Of a stretch of DNA of 64,000 bases, positions 43,256 to 54,617 are shown in pieces. The position numbers were made by a program, and so were the translations under genes. The stretch's first letter is position 1; every line of letters begins with the position of its first letter. Origin of the DNA: an uncultured Chloroflexia bacterium (GTDB lineage Bacteria > Chloroflexota > Anaerolineae > CG2-30-64-16); assembly GCA_963774265.1 (NCBI GenBank), contig CAVZDU010000001.1, forward strand, positions 224,001 to 288,000. Reading direction: 5' to 3'. Below the pieces are notes generated by a model. It was not told the DNA's origin, did no database searches, and saw only the letters and a program-made list of their open reading frames with translations.

Positions 43256-44170
43256 ATGGAGGTCATACCCAATCCGCCTTCACGGATGTTGATGGCCTTG
43301 CGTTGGGCAGTAGCCTCGGGCACCTTGAAACGTGGTCAAGGATGGCTCCTTAGACACCTGCCTGCATCTGTATGGGGAGGCAGGGACATCTTGATGCCAA
43401 CCACTATTGGCCCGATGGTGATGTCAGTCAAGGACAAGGCAAATGCTGGCTTACTACTTTGGGGACGGATATGTCATGAGACAAATGAAACTACTTTGAT
43501 TCGTGCCTTGGCTCCCGGTTTTCAAATCGCACTTGATGTGGGAGCTCACATTGGGTGGTACAGTTGTCTCATGGGAGAGGCAATGAATGGGACTGGTGCA
43601 GTCTATGCGTTTGAGCCAAATCCGACCAGCTTTCCATATCTGATCGAGAATGTGCGGGACTATCCGTCTGTGCATCCCTACCAAACCGCGATTGGTGATA
43701 ATGAGGAACCCGTGACCTTCTACTGCGCCGATAGCAGCAATCTCAGTTCAGCCTCGCGTCAGGTAGGCACTCCAATGCTCGTGGATTGTAAATCTCTTGA
43801 CTCATTCGCACGATCCTTCGAACTAATTGGTAAGATCGACTTCATAAAATGCGACGTCGAGGGGGGTGAAGTATCTATTTTGCACGGTTCTCATCAAATT
43901 CAATCGGCGGCCCTTCCGCCCATATGGATGATGGAGGTAGACGAAACCTTTCTCAAGGAGGCAGGTTTTTCAGTTGAAAGGCTAGACTCGGAAATACACG
44001 TATGTGGAGGAGCTCTGCAGCTGTTCTATCTAGACGCTGACCGCGTAGTCAGAGAGATCACGCGTTTAGGTGAGCAGGGCAGTATTCCAAACATCTTCAT
44101 CGTTCCTGAGTCCCGAATGATGACTTTCAAATTGGCGGCCTTGTCGGCAGGATTGAAGCTACCGGGCTAA
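43256..44170 (+). CDS. FkbM family methyltransferase
   Basis: DVGAHIG, YAFEPNP, FIKCDVEGGE. Confidence 0.92.
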   Translation: MEVIPNPPSRMLMALRWAVASGTLKRGQGWLLRHLPASVWGGRDILMPTTIGPMVMSVKDKANAGLLLWGRICHETNETTLIRALAPGFQIALDVGAHIGWYSCLMGEAMNGTGAVYAFEPNPTSFPYLIENVRDYPSVHPYQTAIGDNEEPVTFYCADSSNLSSASRQVGTPMLVDCKSLDSFARSFELIGKIDFIKCDVEGGEVSILHGSHQIQSAALPPIWMMEVDETFLKEAGFSVERLDSEIHVCGGALQLFYLDADRVVREITRLGEQGSIPNIFIVPESRMMTFKLAALSAGLKLPG

Positions 44171-44247
44171 TACAGCCGTCCAGTATTCTTTAGGCGATCA
44201 TAGAACTTCGTGTACCGGCACCCGAAAACAACTGGTCTGCAGGACAT

Positions 44248-45440
44248 TGGAATTTGGACAACAGCGATTAGCCCGGACTGCTGAAACCAGTCCGGCGCAC
44301 CTTGACAAGTAGGTTGACAGTCGCCGTTCAGCCGGTTTGCGGCTGGTTTAGCGTCTTGTTTGCCAGCGGTGATGTCTTTTTGACCACCGGATACCGGGGG
44401 CGCAGCCCCGGGCTAGCGCCCTTGGCGCGGCCGGGCGGAATGCGTTTGGGTGCCGCGGCCGGTGTGCCAATCGGCCGCATCATCTCGGCAAAGGCCCATT
44501 GCGTCGTCGAAGGTGTTGCTGGTGCGGCAGGCTGGCTTGGCAAGTAGCGTTCCCACGGGCGACGGTTCGCCTCGGTCAGCGACCGGGCTAGGTACAGTTG
44601 CACGTAGGCCAATTGGACCAGTTGCAAGCACTTGGTCTCCCGTTCGGTCTCTGGCGTTTGAAAGCCGGTCAGCCGCCGCCGTTGTTTGCTGAACCGGAAG
44701 AAATGCTCCAAATCGAAACGCTGGGCATACGACTGCTGGATTTCGAGTAACGACAGCTCTTGGCGGCGCGCCCCGAGCACGACCAGCCAGAGGTTACGCT
44801 TGCAAGTTGGTTGATTCGCGGCGTCGAGCAGCCGCACGCGGACTAACGTAAACGGCTGGGTATGCATAGCGCAGGCCCGCGTGCCGCGCATCAGCAGGTG
44901 TGCCAGGCCTGGATCTGCACCGTGTAAGTCCGGCCGCGCCGACTCGTACGGGTGGTCGCGACGGTTTGCGCCGGCGGGCCCCAGGTTGTCGCATTGTGTA
45001 ATGCGAACGGGGCGCCATACCACCTCGGATGACCCGCCTGCCGGTCGTCCCGGGCGACCAGCGCCGCTGGGCGATACAACGTGCGGGTGCCGCGCAACCG
45101 GGCGATCGTCACCAGATTGGCATGTTGCGCCACCGGGTGTAAGAACGCCGACGGGCTGGTGCGGCTATCATCGACCTGGACGCACAGTTCGTGGTGAAAG
45201 GGCAAGCGCTCGTCGGTCAACAGCGTCGCCACCTGCGCCACCGAGACCGCAAGCTCGCTCTCTTTGGTGCTGATGCGCCGCCAGATGAGCGGTACGATCT
45301 TTGCTGAGACAACGAACCTCGCTATGGTATGATTCTCCCGTGAGGCAATCCGGTGGGTAATTCTAATTGTCGTTGAACAATATGCCGCTCACCGAGTCGC
45401 CATGCAATCTCATAAGGCTGCCGACAGCAAGCGCAGCTTT
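44248..45440 (-). mobile_element. Degenerate IS (IS701/IS4-like DDE transposase, internally deleted) between 13-bp direct repeats
   Basis: Fragments LPFHHELCVQVDDS, YAQRFDLEHFFRFSKQ, PWERYL; GTCTGCAGGACAT at 44235-44247 and 45441-45453. Confidence 0.75.
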
Positions 45441-45562
45441 GTCTGCAGGACATGGCGGCGATGGCGCATTAGCTGCAGTTTCACATCTGCAAGAACCTAC
45501 CTGAATGATACACGGCTGTGGCAGGAGTTGCGTGCTCCTGACAGATGTGTTGGAGAGTAACC

Positions 45563-46588
45563 ATGCGGGTCCTTCTGATAGCGAACTGTCAATACTACCA
45601 CATTGGCGGGTTCTTCAGAAAGGCGTTACAGCAATTGGGGATCGAGCATGAGTCAGTCGATGAGCATGAGCTAATCGACTCTTCCCTTCGTTCACTGCCT
45701 GGCAGACTTGCCTATCATGTGTTGCGGCGACCGGTGAGCTACGCGTTGTTCAACAGGCGAGCGACGGAGGTGGCGAGGCGCTTTCGACCACAGATAGTCG
45801 TGCTCGCGAAAGGAGCTTGGATTGCGCTTGATACCCTTGCTGAGATCAAGGCCACTACGGGTGCGATCCTGGTGAACTATGCGACGGATGATCCCTTCAA
45901 TCGTGTGGTTTCCAACCATGATCTTATCGCCGGGATCCCTTTCTATGATCTCTATGTCTGTACGAAGCGGGCCATCATGGGGGATGTGCAGCGGGCCGGG
46001 TGCCGCAATGTGGTCTACGTGCCTTTTGGCTATGAACCGAGCTTGCACTATCCGGAAAGTCCGGTCAACGAAGCAGAACGGCAGCGTTTTGACAGCGACG
46101 TCATCTTTATCGGAGGTGCAGACGGCGATCGCTTCCCTATCCTTCGGAAGGTCGCCGCGCTACCTGACGTACGGCTTCGTCTACACGGTGGATACTGGAA
46201 CCGCGATTTGACTCTCCGCAAACACTATCAGGGATTCGTATATGGCCGAGACTATCGCCTGACTCTGAGCGGCACAAAAATCGCCATCTGCCTGGTGCGG
46301 CGAGCCAACCGGGATGGCCACGTGATGCGCTCATTTGAGACTCCAGCTTGCGGGGCTTTCATGCTGGCTGAACGGACAGAGGAGCACCAAGCTTTCTTTG
46401 TCGAGAACGAGGACATGGCGTGCTTCGGGTCCGATGAAGAACTCGTCGATCAGATCAGGTACTATCTCGCGGACGATGCGGAACGGCAACAAATCGCCCA
46501 GGCCGGTTACGGAAAGGTGATTACCGGCAAGAATACCTATAGCGATCGCCTCCAGGCAATACTTGCACAGGCAGAGGCGTTGAGATAA
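45563..46588 (+). CDS. CgeB/YkvP-like glycosyltransferase
   Basis: YATDDP, DVIFIG, RSFETPACG, NTYSDR. Confidence 0.85.
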   Translation: MRVLLIANCQYYHIGGFFRKALQQLGIEHESVDEHELIDSSLRSLPGRLAYHVLRRPVSYALFNRRATEVARRFRPQIVVLAKGAWIALDTLAEIKATTGAILVNYATDDPFNRVVSNHDLIAGIPFYDLYVCTKRAIMGDVQRAGCRNVVYVPFGYEPSLHYPESPVNEAERQRFDSDVIFIGGADGDRFPILRKVAALPDVRLRLHGGYWNRDLTLRKHYQGFVYGRDYRLTLSGTKIAICLVRRANRDGHVMRSFETPACGAFMLAERTEEHQAFFVENEDMACFGSDEELVDQIRYYLADDAERQQIAQAGYGKVITGKNTYSDRLQAILAQAEALR

Positions 46589-48066
46589 TGCGAGTGCCTG
46601 CATCGGAACGTCAACCGCTATTGTTGATTAGCGTCTTCAGCTTTATCTTGGCATTGATCACCCTGAGCATCGCCATTCTCATTTTCTGGGAGTTGAATTC
46701 CTCTGTTACCTTTATAGGAGCCTACCTGGGGTTTATGGTCCTGTTGATAGTCCAGCTAGTGGTGGGCAGAGTGTGGTTCGGCACCCTCGCGCCAAACAGC
46801 AGACCTTCGTTGCATCCACCGTTTTTGATCACAGTCTGGGTATTGCTGTTTATGTGTGTGCCAGCACTGTACTCTCTGCTGCGACCAGATATTCTGATGC
46901 CGCTAGAGCTTATCTCTATTGATCCCTTTTACACCATTCTGGGCACCTGGTTAATCGTGGTTGGATGCTTGGCACTCTGGATCGGATATGGCGCTAGTTA
47001 CCGCATCTGGAAGGCTCCAGCATTCGTTCGACGCCTGTCGGAACGTCAGCCCAAGCAGGGCGTGGTGTTGATTCTCTTTGGGGCTACGGTTTTGCTCCAA
47101 ATGATCCAGGTCGTGGTGACCGGAATTGCATATGGCGCTGATACTTCTCGATTGGGGGCGCTTGCCCCGTTTCAGCAATGGCTAAGCTATTTTCTGGATC
47201 TTAATCGCCTGGTTCTCGCCTTCGTTGCACTCAAAAGCTTCCGACGGGAGTGGCCGTTCTGGATACTCGTTGCTGTAGTTGTGCCCCAGCTCGCGTTCGG
47301 TTTCATCTCCGGCTTCATGAAGCCTGTAATCTGGATCGCTTTGATCCTATTCGTGGCGGCTTTGGTTGCGAAGGTCGATTTTCGACGTCTTGCTGCACCG
47401 ATAGCGTTCTTCATTGTTCTAGGTATTCTCATCGTGCCGGTAGCCGAGGATTTGCGGTCTCAAGCGAATACTGGCGCACTTGACACAGCTGATCTGGCGG
47501 GCGTAGCCGATGCCACGGCCGATTCCATGGCTGTTGCATGGTCAAGTGGTGCAGGCAGCAATTGGCAGCTGACATTTGACCGGACGATGTATCGCAACGC
47601 TGTGGTGGCCAGCACGCCAGGCATCATCATGCAGAAGACGCCATCCCTTATTCCCTATCAGGGAATAGAGAAGTTTTCGATCATCCCGGCATATGTGATC
47701 CCGCGTGCTTTGTGGAATGATAAACCGGTCCTTACTCAGGGCAATTGGTTTGGTGTCACCTACCTCAACCAGCCGACATCTTCGACTTCGTCCTCGGCCA
47801 TCACGATTTTCGGTGAGGGCTATATCTATGTTGGCTGGATTGGCACCATCACGGCCTGTCTGACTTTGGGGATCCTGCTGGCGGGAATCTATCGCTTCAC
47901 TGCCAGTCTAGGCCTATGGGCTGTATACATCGCGCTGATTCCTACTTTTATCGACGCCGAAGGGCAGTTTACCAGTATGTTCGTGACGCTTGTCCAGCAA
48001 ACCGTGGTTTTCCTAGCAGTATACGGGGCGCTGGCCTGGTTGTTTGGCTCGCGCAAATCGGCATAG
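46588..48066 (+). CDS. wzy: Putative polysaccharide polymerase
   Basis: About 10 TMs, IPRALWNDKP loop motif; locus context. Confidence 0.65.
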   Translation: MRVPASERQPLLLISVFSFILALITLSIAILIFWELNSSVTFIGAYLGFMVLLIVQLVVGRVWFGTLAPNSRPSLHPPFLITVWVLLFMCVPALYSLLRPDILMPLELISIDPFYTILGTWLIVVGCLALWIGYGASYRIWKAPAFVRRLSERQPKQGVVLILFGATVLLQMIQVVVTGIAYGADTSRLGALAPFQQWLSYFLDLNRLVLAFVALKSFRREWPFWILVAVVVPQLAFGFISGFMKPVIWIALILFVAALVAKVDFRRLAAPIAFFIVLGILIVPVAEDLRSQANTGALDTADLAGVADATADSMAVAWSSGAGSNWQLTFDRTMYRNAVVASTPGIIMQKTPSLIPYQGIEKFSIIPAYVIPRALWNDKPVLTQGNWFGVTYLNQPTSSTSSSAITIFGEGYIYVGWIGTITACLTLGILLAGIYRFTASLGLWAVYIALIPTFIDAEGQFTSMFVTLVQQTVVFLAVYGALAWLFGSRKSA

Positions 48067-48142
48067 GATGCGCCTACAGGCGGAGCCCGGTGCCCACGCC
48101 CTGCATATCCCGGCGTTTCAGCCGGTGTCAGCGTAAGTCCTA

Positions 48143-49343
48143 ATGACATCTTTGAAGCCCTCTCGAGTTGCTCTTGTGACTCATACCACCGACAGTGGCG
48201 TTTGGGCGGTAACCCGCTTCTTGTTGCAGCGTCTCCAAGCCAGCGGCCGCTACAAGCCAGAAATCGTGTTGCTGGCTACATCGGCCACTGATGTACATAG
48301 CGTACGTTTGCTTCGCCCCGTCACCTGGTTTAGAAAGCTTCAACCCTGGGCCTTGCAGTGTGACGACCAAACGTGTTGGCATGTAGGCGCTATTTTCACT
48401 GAGTTCGAATTCCAACGCTATCGGCCACGAACAGTCTTGACCGATCTTTTGAACCGATATGATTTGGTTCAGGTCGTCGCTGGGTTTCCTGCCTGGGCCG
48501 CGGCAGTGGCTCGCGTCCGGCCGCCAATCTGTTTGTTTGCTGCCACAACCGTACATCAGGAGCGCGTAGCCCTGGTTCAGCAGGCGCGAAGCTGGCGAAG
48601 GGTCTACTGGCAAGTGATGAACCCGATTGTCGCAAGCATTGAAACCAGGGCTTTGAAGCGGGTCGACTGTGTGTTCGCAGAGAGCGAATATACACGCCGT
48701 TTGATGGCCCCGCACGTGCAGCCCGATCGTTTGGTGCTCGGTCTACCAGGCGTTGATACCGATCTTTTTCGTCCGAACGGCCCGCTGCGCGAAGATGGGT
48801 GCATTCTCTCGGTCGGCCGGCTGTCGGACCCACGCAAGAACGTGCGCCTCCTGATCGATGCATACCATCGTCTGAGGCAGCAGATGCCTGTGGTTCCGCG
48901 CCTGGTGCTGGCTGGAAGTACAGCGCCACCTCCTGACGATTGGGAACACGCGAAGACACTGGGACTCACCGATCATATCGAAGTGCGCGTGAATCTCTCG
49001 CCGGGTGAACTTGCCGCGCTTTACAGAGATGCTGCCATGTTCGTGCTTTCGTCCGATGAAGAGGGGCTGGGTGTGGTGATACTGGAGGCCATGGCCAGTG
49101 GACTGCCGGTGGTCAGCACTGATTGCGGCGGGCCTGCCACAGCAGTGCTGCAAGGTCAGACCGGCCTGCTGACCCCGGTTGGGGACGCGAAAGCGTTGGC
49201 CGAGGCCTTGGGGTGTCTTCTCACCAATATGCCGCTTCGTCGCCGGATGGGCCAGGCTGGACGTGAACGAGCTGAGCCGCGTCTTCTCATTGGATGCTGC
49301 GGGTCAAGTCTATCTCCGCAAGTACGATGAGTTGTTGGGCTGA
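48143..49343 (+). CDS. Glycosyltransferase family 4 (terminal frameshift)
   Basis: VGRLSDPRKN, EGLGVVILEAMASG. Confidence 0.9.
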
Positions 49344-49429
49344 CACAGTAGATATGAATGATGTTTTGGTAGGCTACAGCGGCCATGTTGGTTTCCGCCG
49401 ACATTGAGAATCCGGTTTCAAGGACTGTT

Positions 49430-50656
49430 ATGAGTGCGATTTCTTCTCCGAGCGACGGACGGTTGCGTGTTTTGCACCTTGTTCCTTCGATTGGTCGACG
49501 CTCAGGTGGGGGCGGGATAGTAGCGATCAATCTTGTGCGTGAACAGAATAGACTAGCTGCCACTGCTGTGGCTTGGACGTTGGATCAAGCTGCTGAAGCG
49601 GCAGAGATTGGCCGTGCGTATGAATTGGGAAACTGCATCAAGACTTTCCCGACCCTGGGCCCGGCCACTGTAGGACTCAGCCCGGCCATGGAACGGGAGG
49701 TGGTTTCGGCCTTAGGAGAATCCCAGCAAGTGATTCATCAGCACAGTATCTGGATGGCAAATAGCCGAGTTACGAATCTGTGGCGACGAAGATTTCAACG
49801 GCCTACGATAGTGGCGCCGCAAGGCACCCTGGAGGAATATGCACTAAAGCGCTCACCGCTCAAAAAAAAGCTGGCTCAATTGGCTTATGAGACGGAGAAT
49901 TTGCAGTCTGCCTCCTGTTTACACGCGACCTGCGCCGATGAAGCCGTGTCTTTTCGCCGATTCGGCTTGTCAAACCCGATTGCCCTCATACCCAATGGCG
50001 TTCCTGAGGATTGGGTTCTGAGCCATGGCGATTCTGTTCGCTTTCGCACTCAGTTCGCGATTCCTTTGGATCGCCGTGTGTTACTCTTCTTGTCGCGAAT
50101 TCACCCCAAGAAGGGGCTTCCCATGTTCTTCCAAGCCATGTCGACATTACGACAGCAACAGCAGTTCAATAACTGGTTGTTTGTCATAGCGGGCCCCGAT
50201 GAAGTTGGTCATCGGCGTGAGCTGGAGGTGTTGTCTCTGAACTTGGGAATAGAGAATCTGATTAGGTTTGTGGGTCCTTTGTTCGGTAAAGAAAAACGTG
50301 ATGCGTTTGCGGCGGCTGATGTATTCGTTTTGCCCACCTTCAGCGAGAATTTTGGTATTGTTGTGACGGAGGCTCTCGGCGCTGGGGTCCCAGTCATTAC
50401 CACCAGAGGGGCTCCGTGGCTGGAGCTGGAAACCAATCGGTGTGGTTGGTGGGTGGACACCAACCCAACAGCGATGCAGGATGCTGTGCTTGATGCGATG
50501 GCGCGGTCCAAGGACGAACTTAAGGCTATGGGACTACGCGGTCAGCAGCTTGTGTCCGAAAAGTATACTTGGCCGCAAATCGCGCGTCGTTGTCTGGAGT
50601 TGTATAGCTGGCTACTTGGACAAGCCAGCAGGCCCGATTTCGTTATTTTCGATTGA
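49430..50656 (+). CDS. Glycosyltransferase family 4
   Basis: FLSRIHPKKG, SENFGIVVTEAL. Confidence 0.92.
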   Translation: MSAISSPSDGRLRVLHLVPSIGRRSGGGGIVAINLVREQNRLAATAVAWTLDQAAEAAEIGRAYELGNCIKTFPTLGPATVGLSPAMEREVVSALGESQQVIHQHSIWMANSRVTNLWRRRFQRPTIVAPQGTLEEYALKRSPLKKKLAQLAYETENLQSASCLHATCADEAVSFRRFGLSNPIALIPNGVPEDWVLSHGDSVRFRTQFAIPLDRRVLLFLSRIHPKKGLPMFFQAMSTLRQQQQFNNWLFVIAGPDEVGHRRELEVLSLNLGIENLIRFVGPLFGKEKRDAFAAADVFVLPTFSENFGIVVTEALGAGVPVITTRGAPWLELETNRCGWWVDTNPTAMQDAVLDAMARSKDELKAMGLRGQQLVSEKYTWPQIARRCLELYSWLLGQASRPDFVIFD

Positions 50657-50676
50657 AAGAGGATTGGTGAGCTGAT

Positions 50677-51678
50677 ATGACTAGGAGCGGGGTGTCGATC
50701 GTACATGTGGATAATAATCTGGCGGATGCAATCCATGCGGCACTGACCCAGGCGGGTTTGTTGACGAATATCAACGGCTCGACTCGTATTGCGCTCAAGC
50801 CGAATTTCACGTATCCATACTTTAAGGCTGGCGTGACGACCTCTCCTCTAGTCATTCGCGAGACAGTCAAGTGTCTCCGGGAACACACCGATCATATTGC
50901 CATCGTCGAGACGGATGGCGGATATGGCGCCTGGCAAGCCATCGAAGCGTTCTCTGGACACGACCTATACCAGTTGCAAAATGAGTTTGGAGTTGAAATT
51001 GTCAATCTGAATGATGAGCCGCGTGAGTTGATCTCTTTTCGTTCTGGCCGGCAAACTTACCAACTACCGTTACCGACCTGTCTGTTGCACGAAACAGATC
51101 TGTTTATTAGTATGCCAGTTCCCAAAATCCACTGCATGACGGGTTTGTCTCTGAGTTACAAGAACCAGTGGGGCTGTGTGACGGATGTCATGCGCTTGCG
51201 CCGGCACTATCTCTTTGACGATGCGATTGTGGCAGTCAATCTGGCATTGAGACCGGCTGTCCTTGCGGATGGCACGTATTTTCTGGATCGCAACGGGCCT
51301 ATGGAAGGCAAACCCATACGAATGGACCTGATCATCGCTGCGAGTGATGCAGGCGCGTTTGACCGCTATGTTTCTGAACTCATGGGATTTCCGTGGCACC
51401 GTGTGCGGCACCTTCGGCGGGCGGTGGAACTGGGTGATATGCCCGCTCGACTGGAAGAAATTCGCTATAACGTGTCACCTGGCGACGCACGAACGCATAC
51501 CTTTCGTCTTGAGCGAACCTTGCGGAATTATATAGCGCTGGCTGGTTTCAACAGTCGTTTTCTGACCTGGTTAGGGTACGAGTCGTGGTTTGGGCGTGTA
51601 GTGTTGCACGCCATTCTCTATGCCATTGCCGGTAAGCCGGTTAAGCCGCACGCGGCAAGCACATCGAAGACTGAGTAG
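50677..51678 (+). CDS. DUF362 domain protein
   Basis: ALKPN, TTSP, PKIH, SLSYKNQWGC, GPMEG. Confidence 0.8.
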   Translation: MTRSGVSIVHVDNNLADAIHAALTQAGLLTNINGSTRIALKPNFTYPYFKAGVTTSPLVIRETVKCLREHTDHIAIVETDGGYGAWQAIEAFSGHDLYQLQNEFGVEIVNLNDEPRELISFRSGRQTYQLPLPTCLLHETDLFISMPVPKIHCMTGLSLSYKNQWGCVTDVMRLRRHYLFDDAIVAVNLALRPAVLADGTYFLDRNGPMEGKPIRMDLIIAASDAGAFDRYVSELMGFPWHRVRHLRRAVELGDMPARLEEIRYNVSPGDARTHTFRLERTLRNYIALAGFNSRFLTWLGYESWFGRVVLHAILYAIAGKPVKPHAASTSKTE

Positions 51679-51685
51679 AGCCCCA

Positions 51686-52832
51686 ATGTGTGAATCAAGA
51701 ATATTGACTGTCATTGGCACCCGCCCCGAAGCCATAAAACTCGCGCCAGTGGTGCTGGAACTCGAATCGCAAGACCAGATCAATTCATCTCTCGCGTTTG
51801 TGTTACGGCACAACATCGCGAGATGCTCGATCAGCCGCTCGCGCTTTTTCGGCATTACGCCGGATTACGATTTGAATATCATGTCGCCTGGTCAGACTTT
51901 GGCGCAGGTGACTGCACGCGCGATGGAAGGGTTGGACCGTGTGCTAACCCAGGATAGACCGGACCTGATTCTGACCCAGGGTGATACCACGACCTCCTTT
52001 TGTGGTGCGCTCGCCGGTTATTATCACCGCATCCCGGTTGGGCATGTTGAAGCCGGCTTGCGGACGGGCAACAAGTATGCACCGTTTCCCGAAGAGATCA
52101 ACCGCCGGCTGGTCGGGCAGATTGCTGATTGGCACTTTGCACCAACGGAATATCGCGCGCCAGGCATTGTTGTGGGAAGGTGTGCCAGAGTCGAGCGTGT
52201 TTGTCACGGGCAATACGGTGATTGATGCCTTGCTGTGGGTGCGCGAGCGCGTGCGCGCGGCACGTGCCGGAGTTACCGGAAGGCTTGCTCGAATCGCTGG
52301 ACGGTCACACAGGTGATTCTGGTGACGGGCCATCGGCGTGAAAGTTTTGGGCAAGGATTTGAGAATATTTGCCAGGCCATTCGGGAGGTTGCCGGATCGC
52401 GTTTCCCGACTGTGGTCTTTGTCTACCCGGTGCATCTCAATCCGAACGTCCGCGAACCGGTGAATCGCATCTTGGGTGGACACCCGCGCATCCATCTGAT
52501 CGAGCCACTGTCCTACGCGCCGTTTGTCTGGCTGATGGATCGATGCGACGATCGTTCTCACCGATTCGGGCGGCGTGCAAGAAGAAGCGCCCTCTCTGGG
52601 CAAGCCGGTATTGGTGATGCGCGAGACGACTGAACGCCCGGAGGGAATCGCGGCTGGCAACGCCATGTTGGTGGGCGTACAAAAGGAGCGAATTGTCGAG
52701 GGTCTGACCAAGTTGCTGCAAGATTCTGCCAAACGCGCAACGATGGCGGCGATCAACAATCCGTATGGCGATGGAGATGCCGCACGTAGAATAGTTGAAA
52801 TATTGGCACGGATAGGACATACGGACAAATGA
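51686..52832 (+). CDS. wecB: UDP-N-acetylglucosamine 2-epimerase, non-hydrolysing (frameshifted in this assembly)
   Basis: [44 protein letters not shown]. Confidence 0.92.
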
Positions 52833-53624
52833 CGGATAATCAATCAAACGAAAAACGGCCGCAGCAAGACCTCGAACCGGAAAAGCGAGTGGCATGAGAG
52901 AGTGTTCTATGTCGATTCTGGTCATTGGACATCCCATCCGGTGTTTGCTTCGAGGAAGAGACATTGGCTGCATAATGAAGTGCAGAGTCTGAGATTCTAC
53001 GGCGAATTGCATCGACTACGTGAAGAAGAAAACCTATAGAAATAGCGCGCGGATTCTCTTGGCTCCTGTGGGCGACGGCAAAGATATGTTCTACTTGCAG
53101 GGGGATGTTCCAAGAGCTTCATGGCATAGACATTTCACCCGTCGCGCTTGCAGAGTGCCCAAAATCTATAATCACAAAAGAGGCTGACATACTGTTTTCT
53201 GGATACGCAGGACCAATCGTTCGACATTATCGTCTGTTCCCAGTTTTTGCATCATGTTCATGGTGTTGGCTTTGATCCGTTCATCAAGGAATTCCATAGA
53301 TTACTGCGCGGGGAGGGGACGCTGGCAATCCTGGAACCGAGTCGACTGTACCCATTTGGTTGGATTACAGGCTTGGCTCGGAAGGGCTTGGGGAATGTTA
53401 CCGGGCTCGTGGAAGGTGAACGCCCCATTCAACCCCACTTGCTCACCGCTACTTTGATGAGGATGGGTTTCGAGAGCATTCGTGTTCGTGGACTGCTCTT
53501 TACGCACGTTCGATTTCCGTCTCCTATCCAGCATCTGATGGATGCCTTTGATTATCCGTTCAGGGTCATTCCTCCGTTTAGATCATTTGCGAACAGCGTC
53601 GGATGGTATTGCGCAAAGCCGTGA
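52829..53624 (+). CDS. Class I SAM-dependent methyltransferase (frameshifted)
   Basis: ILLAPVGDG, GIDIS, SFDIIVCSQFLHH, LAILEP. Confidence 0.65.
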
Positions 53625-53677
53625 GAATTTGGCGATCGCGGAGGGTTTTCTCGAACCTCATTTGTAGGGAGAGGCAA

Positions 53678-54600
53678 ATGTCACACATTCTTGGTTACGG
53701 GAGGCAGGGGTTTTATCGGCACAAATCTCACGAATGAACTCCGCTCGCGCGGCCATACGGTTTGGACGAATGACGTATTGCAGGGTGAAGATCCGCAGCA
53801 TTTGAAGGCTGACACGGGTGTGTACCAACAGATGGACGCCATCTTTCGCCAGCATCACTTCGACTACGTGTATCATCTGGCGGCGGAGTATGGACGGTGG
53901 AACGGCGAAGATCACTACGAAAACCTCTGGCGCACGAATGTGGTGGGCACGAAGAATATGCTCCGCCTGCAGGAGCAGCATCGCTTTCGGATGATTTTCT
54001 TCTCCAGCGCCGAAGTCTACGGCGACTATGACCAGCTCATGTCCGAAGATGTGATGGAGCGCGTGCCGATCAAGCAGATGAACGATTACGCCATCTCCAA
54101 GTGGGCGGGTGAGTTACAGTGTCTGAATCACGCGGCAATGTTCGGCACAGAGACCGTTCGCGTGCGTCCGGTCGGCTGCTATGGCCCGCACGAATACTAC
54201 AGCCGCTATCGAGGGGTGATTCCGATCTTCGCTTATCACGCACTGCTGGGCAAAGAATTCACGGTCTATCGCGGGCACAAGCGCATTTTTGACTACGTCG
54301 AGGATACCTGCCGCACGTTTGCCAATATTGTCGAGAACTTCATTCCGGGTGAAGTATACAACGTGGGTGGCAAAGAGGAGTGGAGCATCAGCATCGAAGA
54401 ACTCGCCGATATCGTGTTGCAGACGGTGGGCGCAAGTCCAAGCCTGGCGGAGTACAAAGGCGAGGAAGGATTCACCACACGAGTCAAGATCGTTGACTTT
54501 TCCAAGGCCCGCCGCGATCTGAAACACGATCCCGAAGATTGACATTCACGAAGGCGTTCGTCGCTACGTGGCCTGGGCGCGCAAGGTATATGAATCCTAA
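53678..54600 (+). CDS. NAD-dependent epimerase/dehydratase
   Basis: TGGRGFIG, SSAEVYG, YAISK; small indels at both ends. Confidence 0.9.
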
Positions 54601-54617
54601 CGCTGGAGAATGAAACC

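Noticed and set aside
52767-52790. GGCGATGGAG resembling a fluoride riboswitch start
   Set aside because: Lies in the conserved NPYGDG codons of wecB and lacks the rest of the motif
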